Assembly: GCA_951406725.2 (NCBI GenBank)
Contig: OX597815.1
Coordinates: 40,176,001-40,240,000 of the forward strand
Length of the DNA stretch: 64,000 nucleotides
Source of the DNA: Octopus vulgaris
Taxonomy: Eukaryota
Reading direction: 5' to 3'
In this document: positions 27,036 to 41,104 of the stretch, piece by piece
Position numbering within the stretch: position 1 is the stretch's first letter
Layout of the letters: every line of letters starts with the position of its first letter
The notes under the pieces: generated by a model
Databases searched by the model: none
Seen by the model: the letters and a program-made list of their open reading frames with translations, nothing else
Told to the model about the DNA's origin: nothing
Position numbers and translations under genes: made by a program

Positions 27036-27709
27036 TGTGTATATTTATATATATATATATATCAAGTAACGTATGGCCATGCTGTTTCTTTCACTTAGAA
27101 AAAAAAACTTCAGACTTTTGAAGTTTTCAGATTTTCAGATAAAGAATTATTAATTGTGTCTGTGCGTGGTTATATCAGTGCGGTATGAAGACCAGTATAT
27201 TGAAACAGAAAATTCTTATGCTATGCACAACTGAGTTACTCCTCCTTACCCTATTCCCAAATTTGACACTTTTTTTTCTGCTAGGTTTAGTGATTACATA
27301 GAAGCACCTTCATGGGGGTCATTATTGGTGATGGTGGGTGGAAGGCTATGGAAACCCTTCTACATTTTCACATGGCTTTTGTGCACACTAGAATTTCTGC
27401 ACACCACTACACACTCACCAACCAACAGTGCTACATGAATGGTTATTTGATACAGAGTGAAAACTATCTAAATATCTTGCAGTACTTAGTTTCAACTCTC
27501 AACATTTCAAGCTCAAATCTTAAAAGAGTTGATTTCACCCTGCACCTCTTGACAGTTGTTGTTGTGTAAACCAGTCCTAATCATGTGGACCTATGGCAAG
27601 CAGATAGTTGACCAAATTAGTAGATAAGACCCACAATTCTGTTGTTCCAGATAAATGAAACCACTACCTGAGGACCATACTGTACATACCAATATTCAAT
27701 GATGAATTA

Positions 27710-28080
27710 GCACCATCCGAACGTGGCCTGTAAAAAGCACCATCCAAACGTGGCCTCGTAAAAAGCACCATCCGAACATGGTGTAAAAAGTACCATCCGA
27801 ACGTGGCCGATGCCAGCGCCGCCTTGACTGGCTTCTGTGCCGGTGGCACATAAAAAGCACCAACCGATCATGGTCACTGCCAGCCTCCCCTGGTACCTGT
27901 GCCGGTGGCACGTAAAAAGCACCCACTACACTCACGGAGTGGTTGGCGTTAGGAAGGGCATCCAGCTGTAGAAACACTGCCAGATCAGACTGGTGCAGCC
28001 TCCTGGCTTCCCAGACCCCGGTCGAACCGTCCAACCCGTGCTAGCACGGAAAACGGACGTTAAACGATGATGATGATGAC
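27710..28080 (+). mobile_element. Family B RTE 3' UTR copy
   Basis: Array that includes shortened aaaagcaccatccgaacgtgg units, plus a (GAT)n tail. Confidence 0.8.
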
Positions 28081-29197
28081 GATGAATTATATGGGATGCA
28101 ATGTGAACATCTAGACATGTATTCTCCCCAGTGACCAGCTTATTGATATATATTAATAAAATAAGTAATAGTTGTCTAACTAGATTCAAAACAATAGACT
28201 ACACCTCGCCAAAACTGTTCCTAGTGCCTAATCCAAATTTCATCCACATCGTTTTAACATTTATTTTTGCCAGGGGGCATACTCCCAGCAGTTATACTGT
28301 GTCTCTGCTTTCTACAATAGTACACAATAAACTACATACCTCTCTCACAATCCCTTCTTTGACATCTCTAACAATGTCTCCTTCATATTCTAGCTTTAAT
28401 AAAAAGCAGGCCAAACCATGAGCCATGGGAAGGCCTCACAGGGAATCAACAGATGTTATTTCCCAGAACATAACACACAAATCCATGGATTCAGTTTCTA
28501 GCAGTATAACAGTAGTAATAATGATGTATAGCATCGGTATAAGAATATTAAGTTTGGGGAAGGGAAGGTTGATGCTTATATTATTCAGATCAGAAGATTG
28601 AAAAGTATGCTTAAGAAGATTGAAAAGTATGGTGAGTTTTGTTCTCAGACTCTAAAGGGAAATAACTGAAACACAATGGGTCTGATACTTTGTTAACCTG
28701 AAGGTACCTAATTGTTATTGGCAGTGAGCTGGAAGAATCATTAGTGTCTCTATGCTTAGTGACGCTTCTTCTGACTCTGTTTAATCCAGGACCATTTCTA
28801 ATTTGTGACCAAAAGCATTCTATATGTGACCATCCCTGCTGCACTGGCGTATCTAAGACGACAATATCTAATATGGCTTTCCTCTATTAGATTTTGTAAG
28901 ACAGTTGAGTGGGGATTTGGCTGCTATAGTTAAAAAGTCAAAGAAACACGTAGAGCAGACATGGGCAACCTTTGATGAGAAGTGAGTTGCACGAGATATA
29001 GCTCATCATCAAGTGGGCCACACTACTAAATAACTGCAAGGTAATTTTTGGTTAGGAATATCATTCAGGAAGTCTTACTGGCTTGTAGCACTGGTGGACG
29101 CATGAAAGTAAGATGATGGGATTGTTGTTGCTGTTAGTGGTTTGAGAGTTGTAAACGTTGTCTCAAGATGAAAAAAAAAGAAAAAGAAGTGACGTAC

Positions 29198-29307
29198 CTG
29201 ATTAAGTGTATTATTTTCAAAGCAGGCAATCATTTCCTTATAGCTGTCAATGAATTTAACAGTTTTATTGTTCAGCTCAACTTTATCTTCAGTCACACTG
29301 TAGCAAC
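29198..29307 (-). CDS. OSTM1: OSTM1 exon 3
   Basis: TTTCCAG acceptor. Encodes (S)CYSVTEDKVELNNKTVKFIDSYKEMIACFENNTLNQ. GTACGT donor; 110 nt, which restores phase 0. Confidence 0.9.
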
Positions 29308-29363
29308 CTGGAAATTAAACAAATTTCAATATCAGAATGGTTAACATCCATTCTAGATCAAAG

Positions 29364-29412
<49 letters not shown>

Positions 29413-29519
29413 GCACCCACTATACTCTCGGAGTGGTTGGCGTTAGGAAGGGCATGTAGCTATAGAAACTCTGCCAGATCAGATTGGAGCCTGGTGCAGC
29501 CATCTGATTCGCCAGCACT

Positions 29520-30172
29520 CAGTCTTTGGGAAAATATTAAAAAGCTGTGGGCCCCTGAAACACAGGTTGTTGCAGTAACTGGTCCTGAAGTGCAATGGCG
29601 TTGCTGGGATCTTTGGCACTATGCAGTGTTGTCCCGTTCTGGCATTGGTGTAGCTTTCAATTCCAAAATTTGGCACAATTCCTTCCAGTATCTTCTAGAT
29701 ATATATTACTGCATTTCCTGTCTTCTCTCCAGGGAGTAGAGTCTTAACTGTTTCAATCTTTCCCAGTAACTGAGCTGTTGCAAAGAGACGATCTTCTTTG
29801 TGAATCTTCTCTGGATTGCTTCAAGGTCTGCTGTTAATTTCACACTGGTGGGTGGCCATAGCTGTGAGCAGTAATCCAGGCAGCTGAGGATGAATGTCTG
29901 CCAGAGGACCATCATGGTTTCCTTATCTCTGGTTTTGAATGTTCTTAGGATCCATCCAGCCAGTTGTCTGCACTTTGTCGCCATCCTGGTAATGTGCACT
30001 TGGAAAGAGGTATCATCACTCATGTCGATACCCAGGTCCCTCACTGATTTAGGCTCTGGGATTGAAATTCCCTGTGGACTGGTGTACCCTGTAAGTTTCA
30101 TATTTAGTTTTGGATGCTAGTAGCACAGGGCTTGGAATTTTTCAGCATTAAACTGCATATTATTATCCTCAG
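29520..30172 (-). mobile_element. CR1-group LINE fragment, paralogous to 1136-2737
   Basis: SVRDLGIDMSDD...AGWILRTFKTRDKETM...SYWERLKQLRLYSLERR; FRGPQLFNI. Confidence 0.88.
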
Positions 30173-30961
30173 CTGTAAATCAAGTCCAACTCCTGCTGCA
30201 TATATATATATATATAAGAGGACAAAGTGTACGTACGCCACTATATATATATAAAATAAAATGCAAACCGGGACAAGAACACAAAACATCCAGACAACCT
30301 GGTGATACAAAAAGGGACAACAAAACATCCAAATAGACAATACAAAAAAACAAGGACGGGTCATTTGAAGCCTTTTATCTTCAGTCAAAAACTGGACCAT
30401 CTCCGCAATTTCGGCTGATTAATCTTGAGATCGATCCAGTGCCAAGGAAAAACTAAGCTAAGAGCATTAGATTCCTTGGGAAAAAAGCATCGACTGTATA
30501 CGAAGAGGAGGACAGAATAACAGATGATGTTACACGAATATAAATACAAAAATACAATAAAAATAACAATAATAATAATAATAACAGGACATAACAACAG
30601 GTGCCTTTCGACTGGGGACGAATTGAATTCAGCTGGCTTGTGTGGAAATGAAGCCTTACAGCAAAGGGAAAAATATCGATGTGGCAGTCAAAAGGGCTAG
30701 CAGTCAGCCAACGGTCACGTGAGAAGAGAAGAGAGAGAAAAAGAGGAACAAAGAAATTAACGAGGGGGAAAAGAGAGAGAGTGTGTAGAAGTAGATAAGC
30801 GGAAGAATCAAGGAGTGGCAAGAAAAAAAAGAGAGAGACAGGGACATAGTGAAGTGAAAAGTGAGTAAGAAAGGTAAAGAAATGTGAGAGAGAGGGGGCA
30901 GAAAGAGTTGAGAAAAGACGGGCTGGCCAGATTGGAGCAATCTCAAGATTAATATCCAAGT

Positions 30962-31830
30962 ATCATCATCATCATCATCGTTTAACGTCCATTTTCCATG
31001 CTGGCATGGGTTGGACAGTTCGACTGGGACTGGGAAGCCAGGAGGCTGCACCAGACCCCAATTTGATCTGGCAGTGTTTCTACAGCTGGATGCCCTTCCT
31101 AACGCCAACCACTCTGAGAGTGTTGTGGGTGCTTTTTATGTGCTACCATCATAGGGGCCAAAGGAGCTGGCATCGGCCACAATCAGATGGTGCTTTTTAC
31201 GTGCGATCAGCACAGGGGTCACAGCTACAATTTCCATATGATTGTAATTTGATTTGAGTTGATGCTGATGTACTTGACTCAATAGGTCTCCTCAAGAATG
31301 GCATGTCACCCTACAATCCAGCATACTTTTGAGTGGGCTGGTTATGCGACATTGGTGAGGTTACAGCTGTGAACTCACATTATTTGCTAGGTCTTCTCAG
31401 TCACTGTATACCTCCAAAGGTCTCAGTCTTTTGTCATTGCCTCTGTGAGGCCCAACGTTTGAAGGTCATGCCTCACCTCCTCATCCCATGTCTTCTTGGG
31501 TCTACCTCTACCCCAGATTCCTTCCACTGTTTGGGGATGGCACTTCTTCACACAGCTCTCCTTGTCCATCTGCAGTATGTGACCATACTAACGCAAACGT
31601 CTATCTTACACACCACATCTGATGCTTCTTATGTCTAACATTTCTCTCAGGGTGCTTACACTTTGTTGTGTGTACACACTGACATTACACATCCAGCGGA
31701 TCATGCTAGCTTCATTTCTTTTGAGCCTATGCATGTCCTCTGCAGTCACAGCCCATGTTTCACTGCCATGAAGCATGGCAGTTCACACACACACATCGTA
31801 CAATCTACCTTTCACTCTGAGCGAGAGACC
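30962..31830 (-). mobile_element. RTE LINE 3' fragment with family B UTR
   Basis: Homologous to 17612-18400 and ends in (GAT)n. Confidence 0.75.
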
Positions 31831-31969
31831 CTTCGTCACTGTGAATAGCAGGTCAATACTCTAGTTGCTTGCCCATTACAGTTCACCCTCTTTGGATACA
31901 ATTTTTGGTTTTTAAATTTAAATCAGTGAAAGTACAAAAGTAGATTAAAAGAAAAAAAAACATACTTAC

Positions 31970-32087
31970 TTGAACAATAAGCAGAACTCCAAAGTGTTTC
32001 GATGTCTTGAAAAACTGATGGTATTAGTGGAGCATAGTCGGACTTCATAAGTAAATTTTTACATATTACTAGAGTACTATTCTTGCT
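31970..32087 (-). CDS. OSTM1: OSTM1 exon 2
   Basis: Pyrimidine tract plus CTGCAG acceptor. Encodes SKNSTLVICKNLLMKSDYAPLIPSVFQDIETLWSSAYCS (OSTM1 C..LL..D...W..A.C pattern). GTAAGT donor; 118 nt, ends phase 1. Confidence 0.92.
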
Positions 32088-32932
32088 CTGCAGTGACCGA
32101 AAAAGAAAACTGTTATTATATTAACTGTATCAAGATTTAATTTTTATTATCTCTGTTTTTAATTCAAATCTCACCAGCATCATCTTTGCTTTGTATCACT
32201 TGTTACAGGCTTGATAAATACCAGTAATATATGAGGGTAAATTCAAGTGACAAAACTGTTTGCTTTCATTATTTGAACTTAATCATAGTATTCTCTTCAT
32301 AGTTTTGTACAAAGCCAGCAATTTTGGGGGTTGGGTGTAAGCTGATTATGTCAATCCCAGAATCCAACTGATATTATTTTCTCAACCCTGAAAGCACAAA
32401 AGGCAAAGGTGACCTCAGCAAGATTTGAATTCAGAACATAAAGGGCCATATGAAATGCTGTTAAGCATTTTGTTCAACATGCTAACAATGCTACCAGCTT
32501 ACCAAACTTACTCATAATCCTGGTTTCAAATTTTGGTGCAAGGCCAGCAATTTCTGGGGGACAGGGTAAGTCAATTTCATTGACCCCAGTAATTAACTGG
32601 TGCTTATTTTATCAACCCCAAAGGGATGACTGGTGAAATTGACCTTAGTAGAACTTTAACTCAGAATGTAAAATACTTATTCATAATATTAAAAAGTGAA
32701 AAATCCAAATCTTAAGATAGAGAATGGGTCACAAGGGTCAGATGGTTGGACCTTATTTCTTTTTAGGATGTTATTGAGTGAATTTAAATATTAAAACAAA
32801 TATATAAAAACTGTGTTTAAGAAATAAATCATCTTCAGTGTTGATAACGATATAACTGTTGTTACAAAAACCAATTATTTCCTAAGATATTTCATGAGGA
32901 AATCAGAGTGAAGGCGAAAGCATTTACTACCT

Positions 32933-33370
32933 TCATCATCATCATCATCGTTTAACGTCCGTTCTCCATGCTAGCATGGGTTGGACGGTTCGACCAGGGA
33001 TCTGGGAAGCCAGAAGGCTGCACCAGGCTCCAGTCTGATCTGGCAGTGTTTCTACAGCTGGATGCCCTTCCTAACGCCAACCACTCCGTGAGTGTAGTGG
33101 GTGCTTTTTATGTGCCACCGGCACAGGTGCCAGGCGAAGCTGGCAACAGCCACGATTGGATTGGTGCTTTTTATGTGCCACCGGCATGGAAGCCAGTCAA
33201 GGCAGCGCTGGCATCGGTCACATTCGGATAGCACTTTTTACGTGCCACCGGCACGGAAGCCAGTCTAGGCGGCGCTGGCATCGGCCACGTTCGGATGGTG
33301 CTTTTTACGTGCCACCAGCACAGGGATCACAACTGCAGTTTCCATTGATTTTTGATGTTGGTGTACCTTA
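32933..33370 (-). mobile_element. Family B RTE 3' UTR copy
   Basis: Four array units plus tail. Confidence 0.8.
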
Positions 33371-35438
33371 AAATGTCATATTTACTATCGTAAAAATGCC
33401 ATACAAGTTAATGCATTATTTTATTATGTAAGCAATGTCATAATTTTACACTGGCAAGATAGAATTGTGGAGACCCACTTTGTAGACAATGGAAAACCGA
33501 GAGGATTAATATTGATATTATATTCATATGCTTAAAATATATTTAGGCTTATTTTGTCCAACCCATGCCAGCATGGAAAATAAACATTAAATGATGATGA
33601 GGAGGAGGAGACGGAGGATATTTAGGTTTATTTTAAACAAGACTAAATATTATTTTGTAGCAATATTAAATATATTTTAAACATTAATGTGATCAACATT
33701 AAATATACTGTCACATATAGAAATTTTACTTAACAGTATTAAGTAAAATATTCCTATAAGGAGGGCATTTTTTTTTTTTTGTAGTAATGTACTTCTAGCT
33801 TAACCTTGGTCAAGCTGACCTATTACATGTAACAGTTAAACAACTAGGTGCAAACCACAGATTCAGAGCCCCTAAGGTGACATATCGCTATGTTGTTGAT
33901 GACCACACTATACATACTGACATGAAGTATGGCAATAGGGATTTAATACTCTTTTGTTTTACTGAGACAATGGACATATTTTAGTTTTTGTATTTTCTTT
34001 TCTTTTAACATTTTGGCAGAAATACAAAATGAATGTTCTTTTGTTATGCTATAAGACTGAACTATAGTTAAAAGAAGGCTTACAAGGGAATTAATAAAAA
34101 GTTATATCTAGGAATGTATGTGAAACTCAGTCTTCAGTGACATGGCAGTGCTAATAATATTCCTGAAAAATAAATATTATTTCATTGCTTGGAGACAGGT
34201 GAGGGTTGGGAACCGGAAGAATGTCTGGCCACAGAAAATCTGTCTTGATGAATGCATGGAAAAGTGGGCATTAAAAAGATGATCATCATCATCATTCCCA
34301 TTCAAGGAAGAAAGATATATCACAACCTTAGTAAAAAAAAAAAACAATCAACAGAATGTTTGATATCTCCAAAAGGTGAAATGAGACCCCTAGAAATGTG
34401 ACATGTTTAAACACAATAAAACATTGCAGTAGATTTGAACTCAAGACCTATTATGTCCATAGTTGAATATTTATCAATATTAACAAGGAATCTGCCAAGA
34501 TCAACTTTACCTTCCATCCTTTCAGGGTCAATAAAATAAGTACCAGTTAAACACTGGGGTCAATGTCATTGAACTTGCTGACCTTATGCCAAAATTTAGA
34601 ACCAATATTAACAAGGAATTAAGGTGATGAGCTGGCAGAACCATTACAGTGCCAGACAAAAAGCTTGGCAGCATTTCTTCTATGTTCTGAGTTCAAATGT
34701 TGCTAGGGTTGACTTTGCCTTTCATCCTTTCCAATAAAATAAGTACCAGTTGTGTATTAGAGTCGATGTAATCAGCTTACTCCTCCCCCAAGATTGCTGG
34801 CCAAATTTTTTACCAATATTAACAAGGAAAGTCAACATCATCACTGTTTCACTCAAGTGGTGACAAGCATGAAATATCAATATCCATACATGCACACACA
34901 CATACATACACACACAATGGACTTCTTGCAGTTTCTATTAACCAGATTTACTCCCAAGGCATTTGTTGGCCCAAAGAAGACACTTTCTTCTTTTTTCTAG
35001 TCTTTGCAAATCCTCTGCACTCAAAATCCACATCATAATTCATACAACTGCATCATCAATCTTTCCTGTAACCAGAAAGGGGGGAGCCCTTTGTTACAAG
35101 TATAAGTAATAACTCACTGAATTTTTTCAAACCCATTCTTATTCTGGCTACAATGTTTTCAAAACATTCACCTTCAACTACAAATTAGATTACCTTGGTA
35201 GTAAAAGTTATCAGCAACTTCTAAGGAGGAGTCTTTCAGGTAATTGATACAATTTCAATGTAGGCATGACTATGTAATTAAAAAGTTTACTTTGCAACAA
35301 AGACTTTTCAAGTTTGATAAACTGTGCAGCACCCTGGGCAAATTTCTTCCACCATAGCCTTATGTATGTATAACAATTTTTATGATGACTATAAACAGAT
35401 ATATATACAACCACATTTGCATGTATGAATAGACTTAA

Positions 35439-35802
35439 TCTCTCTATATATAAATGGCAAAATGTCTGCGTGCATGTCCTTTATACAAATCCACAATTTT
35501 TCAGTTAGAGGGCTCACACTTTCTATGGTTATTTAAAACCGTCCAAGGGTGGTCGTGCACATCTTTACATTTCCCCAGTCACCCCACAAAGCCATTAAAA
35601 AATCAATAGAAGTGACTTTTTTGTGAACTTTCTATCCAAATCCCAATCAAAATGCCCGAAACTTGATACGCCAATTGAATGCCAGCTAGCTGTATGTGAT
35701 TGGTCAGAGATTTGGACAGTACTCGCGTGTATGTGCGCACACATGCAGTTGTATATGCATGCACTAGTACTATGACCCGGCGTTGCAGGGTCATAGTGCT
35801 GG
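35439..35802 (+). mobile_element. Non-autonomous Helitron
   Basis: A|TC...CTGG|T (CTRR) termini and subterminal hairpin tatgaccc-N9-gggtcata. Confidence 0.7.
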
Positions 35803-35814
35803 TATATTATAAAC

Positions 35815-36680
35815 ATGGTTACAAATATCCATATGCATCACATGACCATACTAATGCAGTTGTCTCTCTTTCATGCCACATCTAATGCTTCTTATCCCCA
35901 ACTTTTCTTTCAAGACATTTACACTGTCACACGTGCACACTGACATTGCACACCCAGCAAAGCATAGTAGGCTGCATTTCTTTCAAGCCTGCGCACGTCC
36001 TTGGCAGTCACATGTTTCACTGCCATGTAGCATAGCTGTTCACACACAGGCATCATACAATCTGCCCTTCACTCTGAAGGAGAGGCCTTTTGTTACCAAC
36101 AGAGGTAGGAGCTCTCTGAACTTTGCCCAACCTATTCTTATTCTAGCAGCTACACTCTTGGAGCATCCAACCCCACTACTGATTTGGTCACCTAGGTAAT
36201 GGAAGCTATTGACTACTTCTAGTTTTCCCACCTGGCATTTGATAGGGTCTATTTTCTGTACATTTTTAGTGTTAATTGTACCTATGCCCCTTCCACACAC
36301 AAAAACTAGTTTCCCTGTTAACCTTTCACTGATATTGCTGCCCCTCTTACGTATCCATTGCTTACACCAGATACATCATACGGAATTACTACCTATGCCT
36401 TTCCTACAGATCGAGCAGGGCCCTGAGAGGATTTGTGATTTGTCCTGAGGGAATTTGTAATTTGTCCTGAAGGAATTTGTGATTTGTCTGCTTTACTACC
36501 AACTACGACTTAGGTTTTTGCTAGATTAACTCTAAGGGCCTTAAGTTCTAGGCCTTGCTTCCACACTTGAAACTTCTCTAGTTCTGGTAGCAATTCAGCT
36601 ATAAGAACAAGGTCATCAGCATACAGGAACTCCCAGGGGCAGCCCGTTTTAAATTCCTCTATTATTGCCTGGAGGACTGA
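35815..36680 (-). mobile_element. RTE LINE RT fragment
   Basis: GCPWEFLYADDLVLIAE; EVVNSFHYLGD...RIGWAKFRELLPLL...KGRLYDACV. Confidence 0.85.
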
Positions 36681-36687
36681 TATATAT

Positions 36688-36734
<47 letters not shown>

Positions 36735-37430
36735 TACACACACACATATATATACACATATATTTATAAATTATTAAGGTGACTTATTCGCAATTTACAA
36801 CCAAAAAGTACAAGTATAGACGTCACTAAGGTGACTAAGGTTGCTAGTCAGCACCAGCATTGCTAGAAATAAGAGTCAGAACAACTCTTAGCAACAGGGG
36901 AAAAACATATCTAATAATTGACAAGAGAGACAAGCCTCCTACAGCAAGCAAGACAGAGCCAGATCATCGCTGATCAGTACGCAGCAAGTTTCCAGAAAAG
37001 ACAGAAACAATAGCATAACTTCAGTAATTTCGCTCTATGCACTGCAGTAAACAACTTATCAGCTTATGTAATATTGTATTACTTGTTTACAAAATAAATA
37101 TAAGTGTCAATTTTTATTATATTCATTACATATATTGGTTCCAGTATAAATTAATATTACTAAGAAATATTACCGGTCCCTGGCACATTGGGAAAAAAAA
37201 ACTGCCAGTGCTCCACATTAGATAGTTTGAGAAGCACTGCTATAGACAATATTACCGTCCAGCGAAGTGAATGCGGAATCACCCATCAAATGAATTCACA
37301 GAGTGACTGACAGCTAATAGTATTCACAAATATCAAATACTGATGTGATATGGTTAGCCATAAACTGGAACTTATCTGAGAGCCACCACAGTATCCGCAT
37401 GTATAATATATCTCTCCAAACTCACATTTA

Positions 37431-37652
37431 TACTCTTACTCTTTACTCTTTTACTTGTTTCAGTCATTTGACTGCGGCCATGTTGGTGCACCGCCTTTAG
37501 TTGAGCAAATCGACCACAGGACTTATTCTTTGTAAGCCCAGTACTTATTCTATTGGTCTCTTTTGCCGAACCGCTAAGTGACGGGGACGTAAACACACCA
37601 GCATCGGTTGTCAAGCAATGCTAGGGGGACAAACACAGACACACAAACACAT

Positions 37653-37703
<51 letters not shown>

Positions 37704-37750
37704 TACGACAGGCTTCTTTCAGTTTCCGTCTACCAAATCCACTCACAAGG
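37431..37750 (-). mobile_element. Family A SINE, 3' half
   Basis: tactcttttacttgtttcagtcatttgactgcggcc... Confidence 0.8.
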
Positions 37751-38544
37751 CATATATAAATATATATATGAGTAGCAGAATTCTCTGCAATTTATACTAT
37801 CCATAGACCATACGCAAGTGAGGGAAGCACATACAAAAATTATAACATTATGCATTTCCAAGATCTTCACCCTCCCTCACCCGAACAATCTCAGATTTCA
37901 ACATCCTACTTGTCAACATTACAATTAGCGTGTTTATTATACTTCCTGCTACAAAGGTGGCAAATTTTGGAAACTGGTGCATTCAATACCAAATCCTAAT
38001 TTAGAGTCATCCCCAACCCTATTTTTTGTCAATTTCTTTGCAGATTCGTATTCTCCGTAGCCGAAAACAGGGGGTTACACTTTTACTCTTTTACTTGTTT
38101 CAGTCATTTGACTGCGGCCATGCTGGAGCACCGCCTTTAGTCGAGCAAATCGACCCCAGTACTTATTCTACCGCTAAGTTACGGGGACATGAACACACCA
38201 GCATCGGTTGTCAAGCAATGTTGGGAGGACAAACACACACATATATATATACATATATACGTTGTGTAGAAAAAAAAAATAATAATAAAAGGGGGTGGGA
38301 GTACAAAAGGAAGTCTTGCCGAGGAGCCGAGGAATTGCTCAGTTTTCAAGTTAGTTTCCAATTTGGAAAAGATCTGTAGGAATTGACACCTGTAAATTTG
38401 CAAGATGAGCTATATTTGTCTGTCCGAGGAGAGAAATCTAGAAGCAGGTAACTTAGCGGTTCGGCAAAAGAAACCAATAGAATAAGCACCACATTAAATA
38501 AAAAAAGTACTGTAGTCAATGTTTCGACTAAACCCACCAAGGTA

Positions 38545-39138
38545 GGCGCAGGAGTGACTGTGTGGTAAGTAGCTTGCTTACCAACATGGTTCCGGGTTCA
38601 GTCCTACTGCGTAGCACCTTGGGCAAGTGTCTTCTACTATAGCCTCGGGCCAACCAAAACCTTGTGAGTGGATTTGGTAGACGGAAACTGAAAGAATTCC
38701 GTCGTGTATATATATATATATTTCTTTACTACCCACAAGGGGCTAAACACAGAGGGGACAAACAAGGACAGACAAAGGGATTAAGTCGATTACATCGACC
38801 CCAGTGCGAAACTGGTACTTTATTTATCGACCCCGAAAGGATGAAAGGCAAAGTCGACCTCGGCGGAATTTGAACTCGGAACGTAACGACAGACGAAATA
38901 CGGTTACGTGTCTGTGTGTGTGCGTGTTTGTGTGTCTGTGTTTGTCGCCCCAGCATCGCTTGACAACCGATGCTGGTGTGTTTACGTCCCCGTAACTTAG
39001 CTGTTCGGCAAAAGAGACCGATAGAATAAGTACTAGGCTTACAAAGAGTAATTCCTGGGGTCGATTTGCTCGACTAAAGGCGGTGCTCCAGCATGGCCGC
39101 AGTCAAATGACTGAAACAAATAAAAGAGTAAAAGAGTA
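38545..39138 (+). mobile_element. Family A SINE with a nested family C SINE segment (about 38720-38905)
   Basis: Full head and tail. The insert tttctttactacccacaagggg...gacgaaata matches the 57.5 kb units. Confidence 0.8.
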
Positions 39139-39191
39139 GTGGTCAAGGTCCAATGACTGAAACAAGTTAAACGTGGACGAAGAATACTCAC

Positions 39192-39578
39192 AGCTGAAGC
39201 GATGTCGGAATAAAGGTCAATGGCTGCTTTGTAGTCCTGCAAACATTCGGTACAAAAGCGATATGGACGAGCACGTTCAATACTACAGCGATAGAATTTT
39301 GACACCACATTACTAATGTTTCCGATAATAGCTTCACAGGGTTTTTTAATCGGTACGGGCTCTATCGTAGTCGTTTCCAATCTAGTTGTCGCTTCCGATG
39401 TAGTTGCTGTTACCGTTGAAGAGTTTGTCTGGCTTAGTTCTGCAAGTGTGTCGTTATTTGGGAGATGGTTCTGAGTGTGGTACGACGTCCAGGATGTGCC
39501 TTCATTGCACGATGAAAGAAGGAAATTGTTTAATATAAGCAAAAATATCACGGTAATAAAATTCAGATTCCGTTCCAT
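39192..39578 (-). CDS. OSTM1: OSTM1 exon 1 (signal peptide, Ser/Thr-rich stalk, first Cys motifs)
   Basis: ATG at 39578. Hydrophobic signal (FITVIFLLILNNFLLSSC), then PCEAIIGNISNVVSKFYRCSIERARPYRFCTECLQDY, matching the OSTM1 C...C..xARPxRxCxxC signature. GTGAGT donor at 39191; 387 nt, phase 0. Confidence 0.93.
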
Positions 39579-39717
39579 TTCTTCTCGTGTGTATGTAAAG
39601 AATTGAAATTAGCAAAAGCTAAAGATTCTTTCTAGATATATTCAACAGGCAAGTAGAATATATGGAGCCGAGTCTTGTAATGCTGTCCTTCCTATATTTA
39701 CAAACATCTCTATGGAA

Positions 39718-39732
39718 TGAGTGATCACATGA
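39718..39732 (-). promoter_or_regulatory. M-box/CLEAR-like element (TCATGTGATCAC) in the OSTM1 proximal promoter
   Basis: Plus strand TGAGTGATCACATGA; the minus strand contains TCATGTGA about 147 bp upstream of the ATG. Vertebrate OSTM1 is a MITF/TFEB-class target. Confidence 0.55.
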
Positions 39733-40189
39733 GCTGAGCGGTACTAACCTTCGCTCAGTTCCTTATTTATATTTATCTCCAACTGTGTCATATGATTTAT
39801 TCTCACATTCAGAAAAATTGGTATTGGTCGATGATATCTATATCAAATTAAATTTCCACAACAATCATAAAAGAGGGCAAAATCGGAGCCTTGTTTAAGA
39901 TTTACCGAAGAAAATAATGAAAGATAAACATCTATACTGTAAACTTATTTTTAAGTTTGAACGTAATTATGTCCCTTTGTATAGAGTTGTCTCCCTCTAG
40001 TCGTAAATTTTCACCAACGCTACACCTGATTTTCTCCCTTTCATACACACACAAGCATGTATCTGACTCATACCCTGTTCACTTTCCAGACATTTGTACA
40101 TTACTGCATATACTCTATAGGCACTTTCTGACAAGTTGTGTTGCACCTGATCACTGTATACAATAATTTCATTATTATTATTATTATTA

Positions 40190-40224
<35 letters not shown>

Positions 40225-41104
40225 AATTCAGAAAATGTGAATAAAAGACATTATAATAAATTGCATAACAATGACTTCGAACGGGGGAAAATCGTCTTGT
40301 TTTATTCTCAGTTATGTTTAGGGTAATGATAATTAAAGACCTATCGACTGGTCATGTCAGTCAAATTTCTTGTCATTAAACAGCTCTTGTCCTCCCCTCT
40401 CGAATGATTATAATGTTGCAGATATTTCCGTAAAGCTCTTCTTTCATTGGATGTTGTTTCCCTAATTTATTGAGAATAGCACCCAACATACGTGTACAGA
40501 TCCCATCAAGTTTTCTTTCTTTTTTTCTGTCCAAGTTAATAAACTGCAAAGAAGAGCTGATTCTACTATGGCTCTGAAGAATTCTCTTTTCATCCGGCCA
40601 GAAAGTGTAGACTTACAAACTATTTTGAATTTGTCCAGTACACTCTATACTTTTGCATTGCGGATTGATGTTATCCATCTTTCGATAGTGGACGGCAAGA
40701 TACGGTGGCATTAGTATGGAAGCAAAGATGAGTTAGTGAGTGAGTGAGTTCCTTTTGTGGATCCCCAGCCATGGGAATTCTCATGTCGGAAGACCTGGAA
40801 TGATGACCATTGATCAATTCTCTCGTGATGTCAAGTTACGAGAAGACCTCAAAAATGTTATGGAAGACAAAAATGCTTCAAACAAAAGAGTGGTTTTCTA
40901 AATTTAAACCGCACACTAAATTTTCCAGGTAAAAAATAGTGGCTTATACACCGGAAAATACAGTAACTGTAGTGGCAATGACAAGTTGACTTGCTGGTTG
41001 GTAGTTGATGGTGTAGAAGTGGCTGCCTGCCAGTAGAGAGGGAAAGAGTAAGGAATGCATGAGAACAGAGTGGTGACATTTAGTAGATATGACCCAGAAG
41101 TTGT

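Noticed and set aside
39039-39578. Single-exon 179-aa gene as given in the ORF track
   Set aside because: Similarity to OSTM1 stops at a GTGAGT donor (39191). The remainder is mostly antisense SINE, and five downstream exons complete the protein.
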